Positions 29,272 through 35,703 of a DNA stretch of 64,000 bases are shown in pieces. The notes below the pieces were generated by a model. It was not told where the DNA came from. It made no database searches and saw nothing but the letters and a program-made list of their open reading frames with translations. Each line of letters begins with the position of its first letter. The first letter of the stretch is position 1. Source of the DNA: a virus. The stretch lies in IMG/VR virus record IMGVR_UViG_3300049929_000026, positions 1-64,000 of that record; one strand, 5' to 3'. A program made the translations under genes and the position numbers.

Positions 29272-29346
29272 TGGCACCCCACTGCGGTATCGATCCGCAT
29301 CCTCGACGCTGAGAACGTCGCGACCTAGCCAGTAGTCGAGTGGGGC
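29272..29346 (-). tRNA. tRNA-Glu(CTC)
   Basis: CGACG-TTCTCAG-CGTCG, GCCA end. Confidence 0.88.
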
Positions 29347-29347
29347 G

Positions 29348-29418
29348 TGGCGCTTTCGTAGGTGATCGAAACCTACACCGCGAGCTTAGAAGGCTCAGGG
29401 CCATCCATTGGCGAAAGC
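29348..29418 (-). tRNA. tRNA-Arg(TCT)
   Basis: TGAGC-CTTCTAA-GCTCG, GCCA end, short D arm. Confidence 0.8.
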
Positions 29419-29420
29419 GT

Positions 29421-29491
29421 TGGAGACGCGCCCCGCAATCGAAGCGGGCACCGCTGGGTTGCAATCAGCGTTCGCACCTTGCGTGCGCGTC
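29421..29491 (-). tRNA. tRNA-Cys(GCA)
   Basis: Loop TT-GCA-AC, U73, CCA end. Confidence 0.82.
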
Positions 29492-29591
29492 ATCACTGGG
29501 CCGTGGACACTTTATCCTATGAGCCACGCTCACCCTCAACGTCGAAGGCTGCTGCGACCCACTCGGGCGTTACTCCGAGACCATAGCCCCG

Positions 29592-29663
29592 AGCGAGCAG
29601 TGGGAATCGGACCCACCTATGAAAACTTGGCAGATTTCCGCCGCACCTTGCGGCCTTGCTCGC
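29592..29663 (-). tRNA. tRNA-Gly(GCC)
   Basis: Loop CT-GCC-AA, GCG acceptor, U73. Confidence 0.82.
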
Positions 29664-29730
29664 GTAGCGTCGCGCGCGTGTCGCCCGACTTGCTGTCTAA
29701 GCAGCGTTTCAGGCTAGGGCGCGCGACTAG

Positions 29731-29800
29731 AGCGGGCACCGAGTTTCGAACTCGGCAGGCACGGCTTGGAAGGCCGGCTTCTCGCCAAGAGAATGCCCGC
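29731..29800 (-). tRNA. tRNA-Gly(TCC)
   Basis: Loop CT-TCC-AA, GCGGGCA/TGCCCGC, U73. Confidence 0.85.
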
Positions 29801-29854
29801 GTTGATGGCCGCCGCTACTCGCACCGCCGAAGCAGGTGCTTTCACGGCTGCCGG

Positions 29855-29923
29855 AGCTGGTCGAGGGAGTCGGACCCTCTCGCAATCCATACCAAGGATT
29901 GTTGCCTCCGAGGACTGACCAGC
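29855..29923 (-). tRNA. tRNA-Thr(GGT)
   Basis: AATCC-TTGGTAT-GGATT, U73. Confidence 0.8.
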
Positions 29924-29928
29924 ATTTG

Positions 29929-29999
29929 TGGAGATGTTCGGTAATGCTCCGAATCGGATTGCTTGCAAGGCAAACCAGCAGCCTTCTGCGTCCATCCCC
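29929..29999 (-). tRNA. tRNA-Ala(TGC)
   Basis: Loop CT-TGC-AA, G3:U70 pair, A73. Confidence 0.85.
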
Positions 30000-30007
30000 A
30001 ATCGTAG

Positions 30008-30076
30008 CGGGGTGCCGGCGAATCGAACGCCGTCCTGCTGATTTGGAATCATCTTGGCCACCATGGCCTGCGCCCC
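30008..30076 (-). tRNA. tRNA-Trp(CCA)
   Basis: Loop TT-CCA-AA, GTTCGATTC, G73. Confidence 0.8.
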
Positions 30077-30180
30077 GTGCGCCCTGTCTTCGCCGTAGCT
30101 TGGACAAGACTTGCCTCATGCGTGTTCGCGGTCGTTTGCAACCGTTGCCGCAGCTCCGACGAGCCCACACATGCGACCAG

Positions 30181-30254
30181 CGTCTCGTAGGGGTAACGCT
30201 CCCCTTTCGTCATAGCGTGACAAGCTACCGGCGATACTTATCGCCTCACGAGGC
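30181..30254 (-). tRNA. tRNA-Asp(GTC)
   Basis: GTAGC-TTGTCAC-GCTAT, G73, atypical T loop. Confidence 0.82.
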
Positions 30255-30357
30255 ATTGCGAAAGCGCCTGTGCCCATACCCGCAGCGCACACCTTGCGGT
30301 GATAATTGCCGAGCACAGATCTTTTCATCACGGACGGCTTCACGTGAACTTTCGCGG

Positions 30358-30427
30358 CGCTCTCGGAAGGGGTCGAGCCTTCGTAACTCGGTTTAGGAAA
30401 CCGTGCACCGGATCCGCCGGCGAGAGC
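30358..30427 (-). tRNA. tRNA-Arg(CCT)
   Basis: Loop TT-CCT-AA, GCTCTCG/CGAGAGC. Confidence 0.8.
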
Positions 30428-30429
30428 AT

Positions 30430-30500
30430 TGGGGTGCAGCGCGGGATCGAACCGCTCGACTCGGGTCACAGCCGAATCTGTTTACCAAAACTACCGCACC
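30430..30500 (-). tRNA. tRNA-His(GTG)
   Basis: Loop CT-GTG-AC, G-1:C73, CCA end. Confidence 0.88.
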
Positions 30501-30504
30501 ATCG

Positions 30505-30580
30505 TGGTCAGGTCGGTCGGGCACGATCCGACAATCTCTCCGCCCCAAACGGAGTGCCTTACCAATTAGGCTACGACCTG
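30505..30580 (-). tRNA. tRNA-Pro(TGG)
   Basis: CTCCG-TTTGGGG-CGGAG, C1-G72, ACCA end. Confidence 0.92.
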
Positions 30581-30581
30581 A

Positions 30582-30657
30582 TGGTCCCTCGAACTCGAGT
30601 CGAACGAGTCTCTTTCGCTCTTCAGGCGAACGCTGTCACCGGGTCAGCTGTCGAGGG
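30582..30657 (-). tRNA. tRNA-Phe(GAA)
   Basis: TTCGC-CTGAAGA-GCGAA, ACCA end. Confidence 0.88.
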
Positions 30658-30659
30658 AT

Positions 30660-30734
30660 TGGTGAGGCGTGCGGGTTTCGCGCCCGCTAGACTTCGGATG
30701 AAAGCCGAAGCACCGAACTATCAGAATACGCCCC
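30660..30734 (-). tRNA. tRNA-Glu(TTC)
   Basis: TTCGG-CTTTCAT-CCGAA, ACCA end. Confidence 0.8.
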
Positions 30735-30773
30735 GTGAGCAGACTACTTCTTTCCTCGGTCTGCCAGCGATAG

Positions 30774-30842
30774 AGCCCACTGACGAAATCGAATCGTCCT
30801 GGCGACAGTACAAAAGTCGCTGGTCGCCTTGACCGAGCGGGC
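30774..30842 (-). tRNA. tRNA-Thr(TGT)
   Basis: Loop TT-TGT-AC with U31:U39 mismatch, U73. Confidence 0.78.
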
Positions 30843-30847
30843 ATCAG

Positions 30848-30921
30848 CTGTGGGGGCAGGAATCGAACCCGCGGGAGGCGCATTAACAGTGCGCCCAATG
30901 TGCCAGCACATAAGCCCCACA
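30848..30921 (-). tRNA. tRNA-Asn(GTT)
   Basis: GCGCA-CTGTTAA-TGCGC, GGTTCGATTCC, G73. Confidence 0.88.
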
Positions 30922-31002
30922 ATAGGAGGCGATTGGTCGTCGCCTCCGCGTACAGCGAGAGCCCGCCACGCGCTTCACTGCGCGCCGGCATGTCGCTTTT
31001 GG

Positions 31003-31016
31003 ATTGTGAAAGATCA
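31003..31016 (-). promoter_or_regulatory. boxA-like antitermination element
   Basis: TGATCTTTCACAAT resembles rrn boxA TGCTCTTTAACA; preceded by the hairpin GAACGGC-AACTA-GTCGTTC. Confidence 0.55.
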
Positions 31017-31041
31017 GAGAACGACTAGTTGCCGTTCGCCG

Positions 31042-31115
31042 TGGTTGGGAAGGAAGGATTCGAACCTTCGTTGACGAGTTCAGAGCTCATCGTCCTGCCT
31101 CTAGACGACTTCCCA
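31042..31115 (-). tRNA. tRNA-Gln(CTG)
   Basis: ATGAG-CTCTGAA-CTCGT, GGTTCGAATCC, ACCA end. Confidence 0.92.
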
Positions 31116-31373
31116 GCATTGTTTTTGCCGCCGTACGTCGGCGTTTGCGAATGACAGTTGGGACACAGCATCCGGAGATTCTCCGGCCTATGATCGAATT
31201 TTTTCCCGTTCTTGTGATCGAGATGCAGCGATAGCTTCTTGCCGAGCCATTCGTTGATTCCACGCGCCGCAACTGACGTGCAAACCGAGGCGGTTTGCTA
31301 CTTCAGCGAATCCGCAACTCTCGCGAACTGCCACCGCCAATTGTTCGTCAGAATATGATCTCGGTCGTGCCAT
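31116..31373 (-). pseudogene. frameshifted, probably internally deleted HNH endonuclease
   Basis: MARPRSYSDEQLAVAVRES..EVANRLGL in one frame; WLGKKLSLHLDHKNG..DHRPENLRMLCPNCHSQTPTY in another. Confidence 0.8.
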
Positions 31374-31381
31374 TTCCAGAG

Positions 31382-31452
31382 TGCGCCAGCAGGGAATCGG
31401 ACCCTGTCCTACCGGGTAAGAGCCGGTTGCTCGACCAATGAGCTACAAGCGC
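31382..31452 (-). tRNA. tRNA-Lys(CTT)
   Basis: ACCGG-CTCTTAC-CCGGT, TAGCTCA D arm. Confidence 0.88.
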
Positions 31453-31468
31453 GTGGTCAAGTGACCAC
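31453..31468. promoter_or_regulatory. palindrome GTGGTCA-AG-TGACCAC (dispersed motif, 5 copies)
   Basis: Variants at 3230-3245, 7319-7334, 15524-15539 and 20295-20310. Confidence 0.6.
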
Positions 31469-31470
31469 AG

Positions 31471-31542
31471 TGAGTCTGGCGGGATTTGAACCCGCGCCGC
31501 ATGGATTAAAAGTCCAGCATGCCGCCACAACACTTCAGACCC
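31471..31542 (-). tRNA. tRNA-Lys(TTT)
   Basis: Loop CT-TTT-AA, GGTTCAAATCC. Confidence 0.88.
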
Positions 31543-31599
31543 GCAGTTAGCGAGTCGAGCGTTTAGGTAGCGATGTCCTTTCTTGATTCATGAGTTACC

Positions 31600-31684
31600 T
31601 GGTGGGTCGCCTTGGTGTTGATCCAAGCTAGCCAATGGCACCTGATTTACAGTCAGGCCTGCGTCCCGGCGCAGCACACGACCC
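31600..31684 (-). tRNA. tRNA-Tyr(GTA)
   Basis: CCTGA-CTGTAAA-TCAGG, variable arm, ACCA end; first tRNA of the array. Confidence 0.88.
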
Positions 31685-31722
31685 AGAAACGAGAAAAGGC
31701 GCCGCGGTTTCCCGGGCGCCTT
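31685..31722 (-). terminator. attenuator terminator directly before the first tRNA
   Basis: AAGGCGCC-CGG-GAAA-CCG-C-GGCGCCUU followed by UUCUCGUUUCU. Confidence 0.75.
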
Positions 31723-31749
31723 CACTGAAACCAGTGGAAAAACGCCCGT

Positions 31750-31857
31750 TTAACTTGTACCTGGCTCCTGCGAAATGGTTGCGAATTGCGCATAGCTCGG
31801 CTTTGAATCGCTTTCGCGATTCCAGCACGTGGCTAGGTGGAGAGCTATGCGTGTCAT
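31750..31857 (-). CDS. putative leader peptide MTRIALHLATCWNRESDSKPSYAQFATISQEPGTS
   Basis: ATG 9 nt after a -10-like box; stop codon 1 nt before the antiterminator arm; 32 distinct codons in 35. Confidence 0.65.
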   Translation of the reverse strand: MTRIALHLATCWNRESDSKPSYAQFATISQEPGTS

Positions 31858-31866
31858 GGCTTGTTG

Positions 31867-31895
31867 AAGGTGAACCTGTGCGCGCCGATTGTCCA
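31867..31895 (-). promoter_or_regulatory. putative promoter of the tRNA array
   Basis: TGGACA-17 nt-CACCTT. Confidence 0.5.
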
Positions 31896-31944
31896 GAACT
31901 AAATGCATCGTGTCAGTACGAAAGTTTGCTGGGTGCCAATGGCT

Positions 31945-31978
31945 GAAAGCGCCGACCCCTTTCGGAGCCGGCGCTTTC
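31945..31978. terminator. hairpin ending the late operon
   Basis: GAAAGCGCCG...CGGCGCTTTC inverted repeat downstream of the stop at 32016. Confidence 0.65.
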
Positions 31979-32015
31979 TCGTTGTTGATGCGGGCGGCGT
32001 ACCGCACGCAGAGTT

Positions 32016-32828
32016 TTATTCGGTGGGCGAGTGCGGAGGTGCGGGCTCAGGGTCGCACGCGCCGCCCTTTTCGATCGACCAGGGAGCGGTTGGCCAGAGA
32101 ACGCGTGGCTTCGCCGTCGGCGCGTTCTGTTCGACCCACGTCACGTCGTCATGCGCGCCGTCGACCCGGTGACCCGTCCCGCGCTCGATGGCGGAATCGC
32201 GCTCGGCGTCCATGCAGCGAGACCATTTCGCGTGTGCTCGAGTATATTTCTCGAGCAGCAGGATTCGGTCCTCGACCGTACCCGTCGTGCGCTTTTGGGT
32301 CTCCTGCTTGTTCTCGGTCGTCGCGACTCGCGGGGCGAGCGTCTCGACACGATAGGCCAGGTAGGCCCCGCATGGCACCAGGATGGCGACCATTGCGCCG
32401 CCCAGTTTGTACAGGAGAGCATTCCATTGGCCGCGCGTCGGCGTGTCAGGGGGCACGGTAGGCTCGACGACTGGCTTCTTTGCCGCTGCCAGCTCCAGGC
32501 GCAGCCTGGCCGCCTCTGCCTCGGCCGCTCGAGCCTGCTGCCCCTTCGCTGCGAGCTCGGCTAGGATTGCCTCTGTTGAGATTTCCCCCGTGTCGAGCTT
32601 CTCGCGCATCGGAGGAAACTCGCTCGGCGGCGCCGGCATCCCGACTGCTGTCTGAGTGCGCGGTACTGGGCGAGCCATCGGTAGGGGCTTCGGGTCGTGC
32701 GGGATTTGCGGCGGCCGAGCTGTGGCGCGCTGGTCAAATGTCGGCGGCCGCGCGGTATGCGGATGAGTCGTAGCGTCGACCTCCGTCACACTTATTCGAC
32801 CGCGCGGGCGTTGTTTTTCGTCGTTCAT
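32016..32828 (-). CDS. hypothetical single-pass membrane protein
   Basis: Pro-rich N-terminus, one hydrophobic helix (LGGAMVAILVPCGAYL). Confidence 0.65.
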   Translation of the reverse strand: MNDEKQRPRGRISVTEVDATTHPHTARPPTFDQRATARPPQIPHDPKPLPMARPVPRTQTAVGMPAPPSEFPPMREKLDTGEISTEAILAELAAKGQQARAAEAEAARLRLELAAAKKPVVEPTVPPDTPTRGQWNALLYKLGGAMVAILVPCGAYLAYRVETLAPRVATTENKQETQKRTTGTVEDRILLLEKYTRAHAKWSRCMDAERDSAIERGTGHRVDGAHDDVTWVEQNAPTAKPRVLWPTAPWSIEKGGACDPEPAPPHSPTE

Positions 32829-32937
32829 GGCTTTGCGGCGCGCCGAGCGGTGATATGGTATCGAGGCAAACAAAGTGAGCCCCGCGCTGTGTCTAGCAGC
32901 CGAGGCTCATGGCCAAACCTGGTTGAGAGGTTCGACG

Positions 32938-33906
32938 ATGAGCAACATACAGCCCTGCACCGATACAGCAACCGCTCTCAGCAAACCTTGCCGCAAATGT
33001 GGCGGCAGGGGGCCGTTCTCTTTTGAGAGGCGCGGAGATAGAATCATCCGACGCGCGCAATGCAAACAGTGCGTAAATAGCCGGAAAAGGGACAGCTATC
33101 ACACGCCGGAGGGTATTGCGTATGTGCGGGCTTACTGGGCAGCGCGTTCCACTAGGACTAATGCCCAGGCTGGGATCGATAAGATTATTGATATGACAGG
33201 GATGGTGATCGGCAGGCTGACTGTTCTAGGAAGGGCACCGGACCGCGTAGGGCGCCGACCTAAACAGTGGGCCTGCATATGTGCATGCGGAAACCGCGTC
33301 ACGGTGTGCGGAACAATGCTTCGTCGTAGGTCGCGTCCGCCGACGCGATCCTGTGGGTGTTTATCCATCGCCGATAGGACCGTCCCACCGGGGGAGCCTC
33401 CGCTCGGGTGTCGATTCATTCCGTTGACTCGCGGAAAACTAGCGATAGTTGACGAGGCTGACTACGCCGAGCTGATGATGTTCCGTTGGCATACGCGTGT
33501 GGCCAGAACGGCTCACCACACGCAATACTATGCGATGCGCTGCGTCCACCGTCGCGGCCAGACGTATCACATCGGTATGCACCAACACCTGTTACCTGTG
33601 CCTGCGGGCAAGGAAGTGGACCATAAAGATCGTGACGGATTGAACAACAGGCGCGGGAATCTGCGCCCGTGCTCACGGCAAGAGAACTCGTTCAACACTC
33701 GTCGCTATTCGCCGACTAAAACTAGCGTTCTTCATGGAGTAAGTCGCCGACGGGATGTGTTGAAAATAACCTGGGTTGCACGGCTAGCGAGGAGACATCT
33801 GGGCTCTTTTGGTACTCAGGAAGAAGCGGCTCGCGCCTATGACCATGCCGCTATCAATACGGCAGGCGAATTTGCGGCGCCCAACTTCAAGCGATATTTA
33901 CGATGA
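32938..33906 (+). CDS. HNH/AP2-domain homing endonuclease
   Basis: IGRLTV..CICACG..SCGC, VDHKDRDGLNNRRGNLR, HLGSF.TQEEAARAYD; start after GAGAGG. Confidence 0.9.
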   Translation: MSNIQPCTDTATALSKPCRKCGGRGPFSFERRGDRIIRRAQCKQCVNSRKRDSYHTPEGIAYVRAYWAARSTRTNAQAGIDKIIDMTGMVIGRLTVLGRAPDRVGRRPKQWACICACGNRVTVCGTMLRRRSRPPTRSCGCLSIADRTVPPGEPPLGCRFIPLTRGKLAIVDEADYAELMMFRWHTRVARTAHHTQYYAMRCVHRRGQTYHIGMHQHLLPVPAGKEVDHKDRDGLNNRRGNLRPCSRQENSFNTRRYSPTKTSVLHGVSRRRDVLKITWVARLARRHLGSFGTQEEAARAYDHAAINTAGEFAAPNFKRYLR

Positions 33907-33911
33907 GCGTG

Positions 33912-34556
33912 CTACTCGGTTTTCGTCGCTCCATTTGTTCCCTCTAATTTCAAGCTTTCAAGTGCCGCTTCGAGCCGGTCCATGCGCGCGATCAGCTGGT
34001 CGAGCCCGGCCACCTGCGAACGCATTGCGGCCAGTTCTAGCTTGATGGTCTCGAACTGCTCATCGCCGTCTTCAAGGCGCTCTTCGACCTTGCCAATTCT
34101 CGGCGGTAGCTCGCGAACGATCGCCTCCAGATCTCCGACCTTGGCCGCGATCTTCTGCACCTCGTGATTGGTGAGCTCGAAGTTTTTCTTCGTCTCTTCC
34201 TTGGTGCGCTCCGTTCGCTTTTCAGCCTCGGAGTTGATTCGGTCGACGGCACTATCAAGCAGTACGTCGAACGCCTGCTGGTTCTCGAAGCTGCGCAACA
34301 CGAGCGCGATCGACATCTCTACGTAGCTGTCAGGATTCGGAGGCGGGAGCTTACGGATGGCCGTGACAAGCTCGGGCGGCAGCGGGCGTAGCTTCGGAAT
34401 CATAGCGGCAAGCTCAGCCGGCTCGCTCGGCTTTAGATTGTGCGGGGCTGTCGGCAGTTCACGATCGTCGGTTGTCATAATGAGGCGTGGATTCCTAGTT
34501 GGGCGATCGGGTCGGATCAGGAGCGCGCGGTCTGCCTTCAAACGCTCGGCGATCAT
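33912..34556 (-). CDS. coiled-coil hypothetical protein
   Basis: Heptad-rich C-terminal half, coupled to the lysin gene. Confidence 0.6.
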   Translation of the reverse strand: MIAERLKADRALLIRPDRPTRNPRLIMTTDDRELPTAPHNLKPSEPAELAAMIPKLRPLPPELVTAIRKLPPPNPDSYVEMSIALVLRSFENQQAFDVLLDSAVDRINSEAEKRTERTKEETKKNFELTNHEVQKIAAKVGDLEAIVRELPPRIGKVEERLEDGDEQFETIKLELAAMRSQVAGLDQLIARMDRLEAALESLKLEGTNGATKTE

Positions 34557-35347
34557 CAGGAGTATTCCGGCGCGTCGTGATCAGCGCGGAGGTCGAGGGA
34601 GGCGAGGGCGCCGTTCGTCAGGGCATCCAAACGCGCTTGCCAGGTGACTTCGTGCGGCTCCTCAGGAGGCTTGCCGCCTGGCACCACGGACGGGTATTCA
34701 CCGGGCACCTTGCTCGCAATGGGCAGCGGGTCGATGGCGCGGTCCTGGTCGATCACCATGGGGTTTACCGCGCCGCCGGGCCCGTCAGGAACGAATGGTC
34801 CAACGCGATGCTGCCAGATGGCCCAGGGCTTGTTGCCAGGCGTCGCTGGTGCCGATGTGCTGGTATAGTGGGCCACCCAAAGCGGCCGGTTGAGTACGAA
34901 GGCAGGCTTGCCGAGGCGGCCGAAGTCGCGCTGCGTGATGTAACAGAGCGCTTCGCCGAACGAATCAACGAGACCATTGAGCATCGCCCGGACGCCGTCC
35001 TGCCAGCTCGGATCGATCTTCGGCCCCTTGGCACCGTCGTCCTCGACATCGAGCGCGGGGCAGATGTCACCCGAACGCATGCCGACATCGTGGGCGGCCG
35101 CGCAGAACGCAGTGAGCTGGTCAGCGACAGGCTGGCTCGAGCGGAAGAAGTGGTAGAGGCCGACCTGCATGCCCGCGTCGCGTGCGCGGGCAATGTGCCC
35201 GATCGCGCTCGGGTCCTTCCACGTGCCGTATGTGGCGCGCACGATCACGAACTGGCACCCCTTGGCGAGAATGGGCCAGGCGATGCCACCGGGGGCTGAG
35301 GTTGACTGAAAGTGGCTGACATCGCAGCCGTACAGAAGCTCCGTCAT
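34556..35347 (-). CDS. GH25 lysozyme (endolysin)
   Basis: GCDVSHFQ, VRATYG, GLYHF, LDVE, LWVAHY, WAIWQ. Confidence 0.92.
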   Translation of the reverse strand: MTELLYGCDVSHFQSTSAPGGIAWPILAKGCQFVIVRATYGTWKDPSAIGHIARARDAGMQVGLYHFFRSSQPVADQLTAFCAAAHDVGMRSGDICPALDVEDDGAKGPKIDPSWQDGVRAMLNGLVDSFGEALCYITQRDFGRLGKPAFVLNRPLWVAHYTSTSAPATPGNKPWAIWQHRVGPFVPDGPGGAVNPMVIDQDRAIDPLPIASKVPGEYPSVVPGGKPPEEPHEVTWQARLDALTNGALASLDLRADHDAPEYS

Positions 35348-35511
35348 GTGCTATCCTCTCCTTGTCCATCGCACGTCCGAGAAATCGGAAGGGCCACTCG
35401 CCACCTCTACGGAGGGCGCGTTTAGCGGTCCAGTCGGGTTAGCTACGGCGCTCGGCGGACGCGAGTGATGTTGCCTGGCCCCGGTCGTCGAAAGATTGCC
35501 GGGGCTGTCTT

Positions 35512-35703
35512 TTATTTGCGCGTCGATTTCGGCTTCTCTGCCGGCTTGACCAGAAACGGATTCGAGTTGCGCGGCATACGAGCTAAGCCTGCTGAGGCGC
35601 CCTCATCCCAGGCCGACGCGAGCAAATGCAGAGCGTTCTCGCGGAACTCAGCTGGCAGACGCTGCACGGCGGCGCGAACTTCGGAGGCGGTGAGCGGTTT
35701 CAC
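35512..35703 (-). CDS. hypothetical protein
   Basis: Short ORF in operon orientation. Confidence 0.45.
   Translation of the reverse strand: MKPLTASEVRAAVQRLPAEFRENALHLLASAWDEGASAGLARMPRNSNPFLVKPAEKPKSTRK

Noticed and set aside
27109-31946. Many 60-190 aa ORFs overlapping the tRNA array
   Set aside because: Shadows of GC-rich tRNA genes with no domain motifs; only the HNH genes and the leader ORFs are kept
32875-32937. Upstream GTG/TTG starts given for ORFs 32875, 46489, 40796, 4993, 23114, 25130 and 26083
   Set aside because: Downstream ATGs fit RBS position, gene overlap or domain start better; the extensions run through leaders or other genes
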